Shown here piece after piece: positions 11,051 to 20,019 of a DNA stretch of 64,000 nt; position 1 is the stretch's first letter, and every line of letters starts with the position of its first letter. The notes beneath the pieces were generated by a model. It worked only from the letters and a program-made list of their open reading frames with translations. It was not told the DNA's origin and made no database searches. The stretch is from Calditrichia bacterium (lineage in GTDB: Bacteria > Calditrichota > Calditrichia > RBG-13-44-9 > J075): NCBI GenBank assembly GCA_050633245.1, contig JBOEGD010000007.1, positions 320,640 to 384,639 on the forward strand, given 5' to 3'. Both the position numbers and the translations under genes were made by a program.

Positions 11051-11983
11051 ATGACCATTCAACAGCTTGAATACATCGTCGCCGTATACCGTGAGGGAAG
11101 CTTTACCAAAGCCGCCGAGACCTGCTCTGTAACTCAGCCGACACTCAGCATGCAAATTCAAAAGCTGGAAGAAGAACTCAGCGTAATTTTATTCGACAGA
11201 AGTAAAAAGCCATTGCGCGCTACCGAAATCGGTGAAGAAATAATTGCACAGGCCCAAAGCAATATCCGCGGTATGGAACGCATAAGAGAACTGATTGACA
11301 ATAAGAACCAGACCCTCAGCGGTGACCTGCGCATCGGAATTATTCCAACATTAACTCCTTATTTGCTGCCCCTTTTCCTGGGCTCATTCATTAAGAATTA
11401 TCCCAACGTCAACTTGATTATTGAAGAGCAAATTTCCGAGAAGATCATAAGCAATTTACGTCAAGAAAAGCTGGACGTTGGGCTAATGGCATCCATAAAG
11501 ACCCAGCAGCCCATTAAAGAAATTCCGCTCTTTTACGAGTCTTTCGTTGCTTACATCTCGGCGGGACATCCACTAAGTGAACAGAAGTTTCTTAGCGTTA
11601 AAGATTTGAATGTAAACGAGATGTTACTACTGGAGGAAGGTCATTGTTTTCGCGATCAAATGTTGAGAATTTGCTCTGAACAACGTGACAGCAGCCAGAA
11701 ATCGGCGCTCATTTTTGAGAGTGGTAGCTTGGAGACGCTAAAGAACCTTATTGAGAAAGATTTTGGCTACACCCTGCTGCCGGCATTGGCGATCCAAAAC
11801 TTATCCGTTAGGCAAAAGAAGCTGGTACGTGAATTGGGGCACCCACGCCCGGTTCGGCAAATTAGCCTTATTATGCATCGCGATGTGCTAAAGCAACGTA
11901 TGATCACTGCTTTAAGAGAAGAAATATTAGGTAGTATTCCCGAGAGCCTTAAGAAGGCCGCGAACAACAGCATCGTTTACTAA
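11051..11983 (+). CDS. oxyR: LysR family H2O2-sensing regulator OxyR
   Basis: LysR HTH (SFTKAA..C.VTQPTLSMQI), IIPTLTPY, GHCFRDQMLRIC with both redox Cys (C-X8-C). Confidence 0.85.
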   Translation: MTIQQLEYIVAVYREGSFTKAAETCSVTQPTLSMQIQKLEEELSVILFDRSKKPLRATEIGEEIIAQAQSNIRGMERIRELIDNKNQTLSGDLRIGIIPTLTPYLLPLFLGSFIKNYPNVNLIIEEQISEKIISNLRQEKLDVGLMASIKTQQPIKEIPLFYESFVAYISAGHPLSEQKFLSVKDLNVNEMLLLEEGHCFRDQMLRICSEQRDSSQKSALIFESGSLETLKNLIEKDFGYTLLPALAIQNLSVRQKKLVRELGHPRPVRQISLIMHRDVLKQRMITALREEILGSIPESLKKAANNSIVY

Positions 11984-11997
11984 ATTTCTACCTAAAG

Positions 11998-13086
11998 CTA
12001 ATCAAACACGCTAAGAGGAACCGATACAATGAGCCGCTTGGGATAATCAACATAGTACAAGTTAGCTCCCAAAACACGGAGCCCTTCAGTAGAAATGGCT
12101 GGGTGGATACGTGATTCCAGCATCTCTCCCGTGTTTAAGTTAAACCGGTCAATCATATTCACACCATTTAAATCAGTAGATAGGTCGGTAGTATAGAGAA
12201 TCCCGTTATCAGAGATACTCATAAAATACCCTCTTTTGGGATATGGAATTGTTTCCAGAAGATTGCCGTCGTAGTCGAAGCGTCCGATAAAATCTCCACC
12301 ATCCGCCCAGAAAAGTATGAAAAGCGCCCCCTGCCACACGTCCATTCCAAAAACACCCAGATAATTAATGGAACTAAAATCAAAGAGAAGATCTGTTTCA
12401 CCACTGTTGCGAACATAGCGCCGCACCTGCGATCCACCGCCCGGCTCAAAAAAGAGATAGTCGTCCCCAACAGCGATGTGATTCCCTCCATTGTAGCCAA
12501 CCGTTTCTCCAGCTCGTAAATCAGCAAAACGATATTCATACGTACCAAGCGCCCCCGTGGGGTGAAAGAAAACCGACGTTCCGGTAATTTCAAAGTCCTG
12601 TAGTTGCATTTTTAATATCGTGGTGCCATTGGCGAGCTTATCTGCCTCAATATAAATTTCTGCTTCCGGGTAAGGGTAGCTAAGCATATATGCGGATGTA
12701 TCAACCCCTACACGCTCCCCATTGCTTAACTCGTAGAAAATGCGAATCTGTGCGTCCACAACATCATCCGGCACTTTCCCGCTAAGGTCGAAATTCAAAT
12801 AGAACCTGTTGCCGTTTCCAATATATGTCGGTTTAATCGTATCGATGCCCGTATAGTGGCCATTCTTTTCAGCTAACAAATAGACTGTTTCAACCAGCTG
12901 TTGACTCACCACGATTTGGTTTTCACTACGAACATTCACGCTGTCGTAAAAGGTTTGCTCGATAGAAAAGTTATTCCAACGAGTTGTATCTGCAGGCAAG
13001 TCTCCCGAAACGCCGTTTTCAGAGCATGCCCCGATAAGCAGGCATAGAACGCCGGCAAGAATAAAGGAAAGGTGTGTTCCCTGCAT
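11998..13086 (-). CDS. Hypothetical lipoprotein, probable beta-propeller C-terminal domain
   Basis: Lipobox LIGAC; beta-rich repeats in the C-terminal half. Confidence 0.6.
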   Translation of the reverse strand: MQGTHLSFILAGVLCLLIGACSENGVSGDLPADTTRWNNFSIEQTFYDSVNVRSENQIVVSQQLVETVYLLAEKNGHYTGIDTIKPTYIGNGNRFYLNFDLSGKVPDDVVDAQIRIFYELSNGERVGVDTSAYMLSYPYPEAEIYIEADKLANGTTILKMQLQDFEITGTSVFFHPTGALGTYEYRFADLRAGETVGYNGGNHIAVGDDYLFFEPGGGSQVRRYVRNSGETDLLFDFSSINYLGVFGMDVWQGALFILFWADGGDFIGRFDYDGNLLETIPYPKRGYFMSISDNGILYTTDLSTDLNGVNMIDRFNLNTGEMLESRIHPAISTEGLRVLGANLYYVDYPKRLIVSVPLSVFD

Positions 13087-13154
13087 CTTTTGCTCCCTAA
13101 TTATCAGATTTGTTAAAAAGCTATTCGGTAGTCCCGGCGCCTTTCTGAAAAAAT

Positions 13155-13748
13155 CTATTTTTTCTTCAGGAGCTCTTCGATATGAGCAGCAATTTCTTCT
13201 TTGCCAATTCGGGCGGCAGACGAGGTGAGAATAATACGGGGATTCGATTTCAATTCAAGAGACTCGTTTATACGCTTGGTCAGCGTTTTTTTTTCCTGTC
13301 CCTTTAGTTTATCAAGTTTTGTTGCGATTAGAGTGAACGGAATATTCTCATATTCAAGCCACTCCAGCATTTGTTCATCATTTGACTTTACTCCAAAGCG
13401 TCCATCGAGAAGCACAAACAGGCGCTTCAAATTCGGGCTATTCACTAAGTATCCTTCGAGAGCAACTTTCCAGCTATTTTGCTCAGCCTTCGAGGTTTTA
13501 GCAAATCCATAGCCGGGCAGATCAACAAGATAAATCTTTTCGTCAATATCGAAGAAGTTGATTAAGCGGGTTTTGCCGGGGGATTTACTAACGCGGGCGA
13601 AGTTCTTAATATTAACCAGCGAGTTAATAAGTGATGATTTACCTACGTTCGATCGCCCGACAAAGGCAAATTCTGGTCGTGGCACATCCGGACCGTCTTT
13701 CCAGTCCAACGTACTCTTAATAAATTTGGGATTAATAAATCGAAACAC
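13155..13748 (-). CDS. engB: Ribosome biogenesis GTPase EngB/YihA/YsxC
   Basis: GRSNVGKSS, PGKT, DLPGYG, TKLD; start refined to GTG at 13748 behind GGAGAG RBS. Confidence 0.92.
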   Translation of the reverse strand: MFRFINPKFIKSTLDWKDGPDVPRPEFAFVGRSNVGKSSLINSLVNIKNFARVSKSPGKTRLINFFDIDEKIYLVDLPGYGFAKTSKAEQNSWKVALEGYLVNSPNLKRLFVLLDGRFGVKSNDEQMLEWLEYENIPFTLIATKLDKLKGQEKKTLTKRINESLELKSNPRIILTSSAARIGKEEIAAHIEELLKKK

Positions 13749-13824
13749 GTTCTCTCCTTTTGCAACAGTCAACAGTATACGCATATAATGATGCAGATGG
13801 AAGAGTGAAAAAAGCATAGGAGAC

Positions 13825-13860
13825 AAAAAAAGCCGCGCTGATGAGATTACCAGCGCGGCT
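13825..13860 (-). terminator. Rho-independent terminator of trxA
   Basis: agccgcgctg...cagcgcggct stem followed by T7 on the minus strand. Confidence 0.8.
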
Positions 13861-13882
13861 AGAAAGACTTACAAGCTGTGTG

Positions 13883-14209
13883 CTAGACGGCTACGGCGTC
13901 TAACTTTGCTTCAATAACCGGTTTGGGCTGTGCACCCATAATGGTTTCCACCACTTCGCCGCTCTTGAAGATCAGTAGTGTAGGAATACTTCGAATGCTA
14001 TATTTTGCAGCTATATCACGATGTGAATCCACATCAAGTTTACCAATTTTCACTTTGCCTTCATACTTGCCGGCAAGCTCTTCAATTACCGGAGCAATCA
14101 TTTTACACGGTCCGCACCAGGCGGCCCAAAAGTCTACAAGCACCGGCACATCTGCGCCAATCACTTCAGCATCAAAATTATCTTGAGTTATCTCAATTGC
14201 TTTGCCCAT
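13883..14209 (-). CDS. trxA: Thioredoxin
   Basis: DFWAAWCGPC, SIPTL. Confidence 0.97.
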   Translation of the reverse strand: MGKAIEITQDNFDAEVIGADVPVLVDFWAAWCGPCKMIAPVIEELAGKYEGKVKIGKLDVDSHRDIAAKYSIRSIPTLLIFKSGEVVETIMGAQPKPVIEAKLDAVAV

Positions 14210-14317
14210 TTAGGTTCTCCTTATCATAGAAACTTTTTATACACTCACATTAGTCACTAGCGTAATTTGCTAACTGTAATATTAGACTCAATCAAACAAC
14301 AAAAGTTACAATTGACT

Positions 14318-16660
14318 TTATCTTCGCTGCTTTGAATTTCGTTGTTTTCTCCAGGCGACCTTTTCTTCAAAGATGTCTTCGCCTGCCAGCTCAAAATCAA
14401 CTGCACCTGTTGAAACCGTGCTTTCATCGGTATTGGCCTCTTTATCTGCCCCCAGATTATCGGCTGCAGCCACCTGAGAATTATCTGCAAAGGTTAGTGG
14501 CTGTGTCTTTGCACGCGCCATACTTACGTATTCAGAAGCAAGGGGGTAACGATCAATAAGCATTTTGTAAGCATTTAGGGATGAATCGGTTTGTTGAAAG
14601 TCGTATTCAAAAATCCATGCGCGTGCATATTGCGCTTTCGCTGAGACCTCAAGCGACGTATCGACCCGGGCAATTTGCGAATATGTATTGAAGGCCTGTT
14701 GCACAGAGCCATCGAAATAGAGCTTCTCTGCCTCTCTAAACAGTTTCTCTGCCTGCTCTTCCTTCGTTTTCAGAACATCTTTCTGAATAATACCACGGGC
14801 TTGTAAAATATCTCTTGAGAAGAGAGAATTTGGATATTCATTAACCAGGATTTTTTCCAGCGAATCTACGAGCGTCGGATCTTCATATCCTTCCAACTCA
14901 TGAATGTAAATAAGCGAGTAGACGGCCTTAGGAGTTAATACAGAATCATCATAGGTGCTGAGGAACTCCTGATAGTAATGGGATGCAGAGTCTTCATTTT
15001 CAACTTTTAGCAAATAATATTCCGCGAGTGCAAATCGATTATTCATATAGTCAAATTCAATTTGCGGCAGCTTTCGTTTTTCCAGCGGTTTTTTCTTCTT
15101 ATCCGGTTCTTTAGAACGATTGCCGGAAGTGCGATCGGTATCATCCTCATCGTCGTCCAGTCCTTCGCGATCGCGTCCTCTGCCGAAGTCATCACGACGA
15201 CCATCTTCATCGGGTGGTTCGGCACGATTGTCATCGTTTCGTCGCACGTCTTCATTGGCGGCAAATGGATCAGGATTTGTGTTTGAGGCCTGTTTCAAAG
15301 AGTCAGGCACATTCTGCCCATTGGTTTGAGATGTATCTCTTAACGCTGCAGCAATGGGGTCCTCTTCCTCATTTTCATCCTCATCGTCTTCAAGGTCTTC
15401 CGGATCTGCCGTTGGATTTATCAACTTCTCTGCCAGCCGGACAGAGTCATCGAACTGAGCCCGATAAAGAGAATCGCGAAAGGTTTCATCATAGGTCAGT
15501 CGACTGATAAGTTTTTCTTCATTATCAATTTTATCGCGAATTTCTTTAAACTCACCAAGAAAGCGGCTCTTGTTCTGTACTGCTTCCAGGCTATCGTAGC
15601 GCCCAAACAGCGTTTTCACTTTACTGTAATAGGTTACAGCGCTATCGATGTCATTAAAAGTATATTCATAAAGTCGTGCCAGATTCACAGCGGCCTGAGC
15701 CGTGCCGGAACTGGAACGACGATCGCGAACAATCTCGCGATATGTTTCAACGGCATCATCGAGCAGTCCCTGCCTTTGATAGTTTTCGCCGATTGCATTA
15801 CGAATCACCGGAATAAATGTTTGAAATCTGGGAGCTGTAAGCATTTTTCTCAGCAGCTTATTCGCGTCATCATACTGCTCTAGTCTGGCCAGCGTTTTTG
15901 CGCGCTGCAGGCGAGACTGATAATCGGTTGCAACTGAAGGCTGATACTTTTCAACATCTTGATATTGCTTCAGTGCTTCCTTGTATTTTTTTTGGATATA
16001 ATACGATTCACCGAGATTATAGTGAAGCCGGGATCTATCTTCATCACTTATATCTTCTTTTAACGCATCTTCAAGATGGCTGATGGCTTCCTGATAGTCT
16101 TGATTTTCGAAAGCAAAGAGGCCAAGCTCAAGATTTGCCTGAGATCGGATATTACCATCTTTACTTGAAGACAAAACGTTGCGAAACAGGCGATTTGCTT
16201 CATCAACATCGTTTTCGCGTAAGAGTGTTTTAGCGTAAAAGAGGTTTGCTTCGGCGAGAAGGTCACTGCGCGGATACTTTTTTAAAAATTGATCGAGGTG
16301 AAGTTTGGCGCTGGAGTATTTTTGCAGATGGAACTCGCTTTTGGCAATGTAAAGTAACGCATCGTCTGCATACTTATTTTCATCGGAATATATCTCAATG
16401 AGTTTCCAGCACTTCTCGATTGTTGTCTCAAAAAACTTTTTTGAAGAATTGGCAGAATTATTTCGACCCAGGTTTTTCGAATTGGCCGAGTTGCCACCCG
16501 CCTTCTCAAGTTCTTTTATGCCATCGTTATAACTCTGCTTGGCATTAAAAAGCGTATTATAATATGCACAGCTGCTCAGAAAAACGAGCAGGGTGATACA
16601 GCTGGTGAGGCGAATAAAGTGCAGCGGCGTTTCGCTCCATCGAACTGAATACTTCGGCAT
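14318..16660 (-). CDS. Tetratricopeptide-repeat lipoprotein (SprE/PorW-like) with acidic low-complexity insert
   Basis: Lipobox LSSC-AYYNTLFNA, many TPR helices, D/E-rich insert around aa 410-525. Confidence 0.7.
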   Translation of the reverse strand: MPKYSVRWSETPLHFIRLTSCITLLVFLSSCAYYNTLFNAKQSYNDGIKELEKAGGNSANSKNLGRNNSANSSKKFFETTIEKCWKLIEIYSDENKYADDALLYIAKSEFHLQKYSSAKLHLDQFLKKYPRSDLLAEANLFYAKTLLRENDVDEANRLFRNVLSSSKDGNIRSQANLELGLFAFENQDYQEAISHLEDALKEDISDEDRSRLHYNLGESYYIQKKYKEALKQYQDVEKYQPSVATDYQSRLQRAKTLARLEQYDDANKLLRKMLTAPRFQTFIPVIRNAIGENYQRQGLLDDAVETYREIVRDRRSSSGTAQAAVNLARLYEYTFNDIDSAVTYYSKVKTLFGRYDSLEAVQNKSRFLGEFKEIRDKIDNEEKLISRLTYDETFRDSLYRAQFDDSVRLAEKLINPTADPEDLEDDEDENEEEDPIAAALRDTSQTNGQNVPDSLKQASNTNPDPFAANEDVRRNDDNRAEPPDEDGRRDDFGRGRDREGLDDDEDDTDRTSGNRSKEPDKKKKPLEKRKLPQIEFDYMNNRFALAEYYLLKVENEDSASHYYQEFLSTYDDSVLTPKAVYSLIYIHELEGYEDPTLVDSLEKILVNEYPNSLFSRDILQARGIIQKDVLKTKEEQAEKLFREAEKLYFDGSVQQAFNTYSQIARVDTSLEVSAKAQYARAWIFEYDFQQTDSSLNAYKMLIDRYPLASEYVSMARAKTQPLTFADNSQVAAADNLGADKEANTDESTVSTGAVDFELAGEDIFEEKVAWRKQRNSKQRR

Positions 16661-16683
16661 TAAGATCCTCCAGTATGCGATTG

Positions 16684-17451
16684 CTAATGCGATCGCAGTT
16701 TTTTTATTACATTTGCTATGCCGGGCAAAATTTCATCTGCACCAGCTGCAATATGTTCATCGCAAACATCGGTCAATGATGTCTTCTCGGTATTGATTTC
16801 TACCAGATAAGCACCATTTCCTTTAGCCAGAAACGGCAAAGAAGCGGCTGGCTCTACAGTAGAAGATGTTCCGATCGAGAAAAAAACCTCGGCTTGGGAA
16901 GACAGTGTCTGAGCTTTTTCAATCGCATGCTGTGGCAACATTTCACCAAACCAAACCACATCAGGACGAATCAGATTACCGCAGGAAAGACAGGTTGGCA
17001 CTTCACCAGGCTGTTCGTTATCCATTCGAGCTATCGCTTCTTCGTCCGCGGGCTTACTACACTCTATGCAGCGATTGCGGGTTAAGTTCCCGTGAAGTTC
17101 AATGATATTTTCGGTACCGGCACGATAATGCAAATTATCGACGTTTTGAGTAATCACCATAAAGTCTTCAAAATGCTGTTCCAGCTCCGTCAGCGCAAAA
17201 TGAGCCGTATTCGGTTCAACTTGTGCAACCAGCTGAGAACGCCAGCGATACCACTCCCAGACCAACGAGGGATTACCTAAAAATGCTTCGACATTAGCCA
17301 ACTCATGCGGCTTAAATTTTTTCCAAAGGCCACTGGTTCCGCGAAAGGTAGGAACACCGCTTGCTGCGCTAATACCCGCGCCGGTTAAAACCACAACATT
17401 TGTTGCTGTATAGAGACGTTCGAATAACTTCTTTGATACTGCCATGAACAA
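16684..17451 (-). CDS. cobB: NAD-dependent protein deacylase (class III sirtuin)
   Basis: TGAGISAASGVPTFRG, WEWYRWR (Y..R desuccinylase motif), TQNVD, HG, CxxC/CxxC, GTS. Confidence 0.92.
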   Translation of the reverse strand: MFMAVSKKLFERLYTATNVVVLTGAGISAASGVPTFRGTSGLWKKFKPHELANVEAFLGNPSLVWEWYRWRSQLVAQVEPNTAHFALTELEQHFEDFMVITQNVDNLHYRAGTENIIELHGNLTRNRCIECSKPADEEAIARMDNEQPGEVPTCLSCGNLIRPDVVWFGEMLPQHAIEKAQTLSSQAEVFFSIGTSSTVEPAASLPFLAKGNGAYLVEINTEKTSLTDVCDEHIAAGADEILPGIANVIKKLRSH

Positions 17452-17670
17452 AACATCCTTATTATTCGGCGCGCAAAAAACAATCGTTTCTACGCGACTG
17501 TTTACATCCGTAACGGCCGGATGACTGGTCTGGTTTCCATCAGAGGCAAAAAGAGAAAACGCTTTTTTGCTTAGTCAAACCAGTTTCGGCAATTATTTGT
17601 GAACCTTCACACATCCACCAAAAGAAAAAAATGCTCTTCGAGGACAAAGTCGTTTTTAGTTCAGCTGTCT

Positions 17671-17699
17671 AATATAAGAAAACTGCAGGCTGTTATCAA
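17671..17699 (-). promoter_or_regulatory. Candidate sigma70 promoter upstream of the cobB leader
   Basis: Minus strand TTGATA-N17-TATATT. Confidence 0.5.
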
Positions 17700-17723
17700 T
17701 CAGTTGTTCCTCGTGAATGCCGA

Positions 17724-18986
17724 TTAGACAGAGCTGTCTTTTGCCGCATTAGCCGCCCCATATTTTCGAACGAGCCTATTGCGGCGATGCTTCATTGTTT
17801 TCACATACTTAAGTAGCGGTGAACGCGGCGAAAGTTGTCGCAAATTTGTCAGATACATCAGCCCGCTGTCCACTACCGCTATCGCCAGTTCAAAGTCTTT
17901 ATCTTCATGTTCAAGTACCTTCGCCAGCTCTTCAACAACTGTGGGGTGAAATACGTTTTGATCAAACAATTCCTGTAGTTCGCGCTTTGAAGATGGTCGA
18001 TCACCCAGCTTTTTCATTGCCATCGCGGCCAAATATCGCGCTCTGCTAAACCAGCGGGATTCTTGCCCAAATGTTTCGGTAAGATAATTCGCAAGTTCAA
18101 TGGTTTCCGGAAAATACCCGCCCTTAAATAAATATCGTGAGTAGGAATAAAGGTCATCTGCTTCAGCAAGCTCTTGCGATGGCGCTTCACAAATTCGCCC
18201 CATTCTAGCCGTCAGCAGCACCATATTGACGATGTCGTGGAAATTATGCTCAAGCACGTTACGAAGTAAGAACGCCTGTCTTTTGCGCATAAATTCAAAG
18301 TATAGCTGCGGGATAAGATCACCCGGCACATCCTCAATTCGATGTATGTCTAAAATGTGGCGCTCCAGGCTCTGTAAATCGCAGGCAGGCAGGCGCTGCT
18401 TCCACAGCCTGCGTGCAGCATGAAGCACATCGACATGTAGCATATCCTCCAAAATTGTTTCCTGTCGATTTAACACATATCGTGTTTTCAGAAGCGGTAA
18501 ATCGAAGGCCTTGCCGTTAAAGGAAACCGTATACTTATATCCTTGAAAAATCGACTCCAGGTGTTCCAGCATCAACCACTCAGAAGGAAAATCAGGCAAT
18601 AGATACTGCCGCACAACAACATGATCGAGTTCGATATGGCCGATACCAACCAAAAAGGCATAGGTCCCGACACCACCGGAAAGGCCGGTCGTTTCGGTGT
18701 CTATAAAGATCGCGTCTCGCAGGTTGCATCCTCCTGGCGGCATTTCCGGAGAGAGTCGATTAAGATGATTCACTTGAAAGCCTTCTTCCTGCAGGGCTAG
18801 AAAGGAGGGGTCGTTGAAGATCGGATAGCTGTTTTCCTTTAAAAGGAAGAAAGAGCGCTTATCGCGAATTGTGCGTATCTGTAGCTCATGCTCAATTTGG
18901 GTAATCCACTCCTCCCCTACCGGGCGATCGTCTTGTTCGCGAGGGGCAGAGGAATCTAATCGGGAAAGTTTATCGCGTAGGCTCAT
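17724..18986 (-). CDS. mrfB: YprB/MrfB-type RNase H-like exonuclease with C-terminal TPRs
   Basis: FIDTETTGL, SFNGKAFD, HVDVLH, HNFHD (DEDDh) plus TPR-like tail; start refined to MSLRDKL. Confidence 0.8.
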   Translation of the reverse strand: MSLRDKLSRLDSSAPREQDDRPVGEEWITQIEHELQIRTIRDKRSFFLLKENSYPIFNDPSFLALQEEGFQVNHLNRLSPEMPPGGCNLRDAIFIDTETTGLSGGVGTYAFLVGIGHIELDHVVVRQYLLPDFPSEWLMLEHLESIFQGYKYTVSFNGKAFDLPLLKTRYVLNRQETILEDMLHVDVLHAARRLWKQRLPACDLQSLERHILDIHRIEDVPGDLIPQLYFEFMRKRQAFLLRNVLEHNFHDIVNMVLLTARMGRICEAPSQELAEADDLYSYSRYLFKGGYFPETIELANYLTETFGQESRWFSRARYLAAMAMKKLGDRPSSKRELQELFDQNVFHPTVVEELAKVLEHEDKDFELAIAVVDSGLMYLTNLRQLSPRSPLLKYVKTMKHRRNRLVRKYGAANAAKDSSV

Positions 18987-19074
18987 CCTAAAACATAAAC
19001 GTATTTCGTGTCGGAAAAAAGTTCTTTTGCCGAGTATACAGTAATTCTTATGTTTGGGAAAGGAGAAACCAACT

Positions 19075-19962
19075 ATGTCCACTCTTAATATTGCCCAAAT
19101 AGATGCTTTTAGCGATCAGGCCTATGGTGGAAATCCATGCGCCGTTATTTTTGATGCTGATGATTTAACCAGTGAACAAATGCAGGCCATCGCCCTGGAA
19201 ATGAATCTCTCTGAAACAGCATTCCTCATGAAGTCCAAAATAGCGGATTTTCGGGCACGCTACTTCACTCCGGCAGAAGAAATTCCGCTGGCAGGCCATC
19301 CTACAATATCCTGCGGTTATGCTCTTTGGAAATCTGGCTTGGTCGGCAAAGGCACGTTTCGCTTACAGCTTGAAGCCGGCACTGTCGAAGTAACCGTCGA
19401 TACCGCGATTCCGGACAAACCATTAATCTCAATGAAGCAGCTAAAACCACAGTTTCTATCAAAACATGATCCTGCGCGGGTGCTACCGGTATTTGGATTA
19501 ACACCGCATGACTTATTAGAAGACGCGGTGATTCAGACCGTTAGCACCGGAACGCCAATGATGATGATTCCGCTGAGATCACACGACAGTCTGCGCGTTG
19601 CTGCAATGGACTTCGACGCCTACGATGTTCTGAAGGCAGAAGGCGATTTCTTTAGCCCTCACCTGTTCGTGCTGCAGGGGATTTCGGAAGAAGCAACAAC
19701 CTTTGCCCGGCACTTTGGCATTCCGCCAGATACGGTTGAAGATCCATTTACCGGCTCAGCCACTGGCAGCATGTCGGCCTATTTATGGAAGCATGGCCTG
19801 ATAGAAGAACCGCGCTTTATTGCAGAACAAGGTCATTGGATGAAACGTCCGGGAAGGGCGATTGTTGAGGTTATTGGCCCACGGGAAAATATTGAAGCAG
19901 TGAAAATCAGCGGGTATGCGGTTGATATTCTGCGTGGTGAAATAGACGTGCCGCCTATTTAG
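19075..19962 (+). CDS. PhzF family epimerase/isomerase
   Basis: DAF....GGNP, EMNLSET, FTP.EE.PLAGHPT, EDPFTGSA; start at 19075 after AAGGAG. Confidence 0.9.
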   Translation: MSTLNIAQIDAFSDQAYGGNPCAVIFDADDLTSEQMQAIALEMNLSETAFLMKSKIADFRARYFTPAEEIPLAGHPTISCGYALWKSGLVGKGTFRLQLEAGTVEVTVDTAIPDKPLISMKQLKPQFLSKHDPARVLPVFGLTPHDLLEDAVIQTVSTGTPMMMIPLRSHDSLRVAAMDFDAYDVLKAEGDFFSPHLFVLQGISEEATTFARHFGIPPDTVEDPFTGSATGSMSAYLWKHGLIEEPRFIAEQGHWMKRPGRAIVEVIGPRENIEAVKISGYAVDILRGEIDVPPI

Positions 19963-19982
19963 ACATTGAATCGGAGCCACTA

Positions 19983-20008
19983 TAACCCGTGGCTTAAGCC
20001 ACGGGTTA
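19983..20008. repeat. Perfect 26 bp palindrome (REP-like / bidirectional terminator)
   Basis: TAACCCGTGGCTTAAGCCACGGGTTA between convergent genes. Confidence 0.8.
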
Positions 20009-20019
20009 AGAGAACAAAT

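Noticed and set aside
10757-11161. 134 aa minus-strand ORF
   Set aside because: Antisense to tRNA-Ser and the oxyR start; a typical tRNA shadow ORF
9882-13086. tRNA-anchored integrative element
   Set aside because: No integrase and no duplicated tRNA 3' end (att site) found in the window
19075-19962. Phenazine biosynthesis
   Set aside because: Lone PhzF-family gene with no phzA/B/D/E/G
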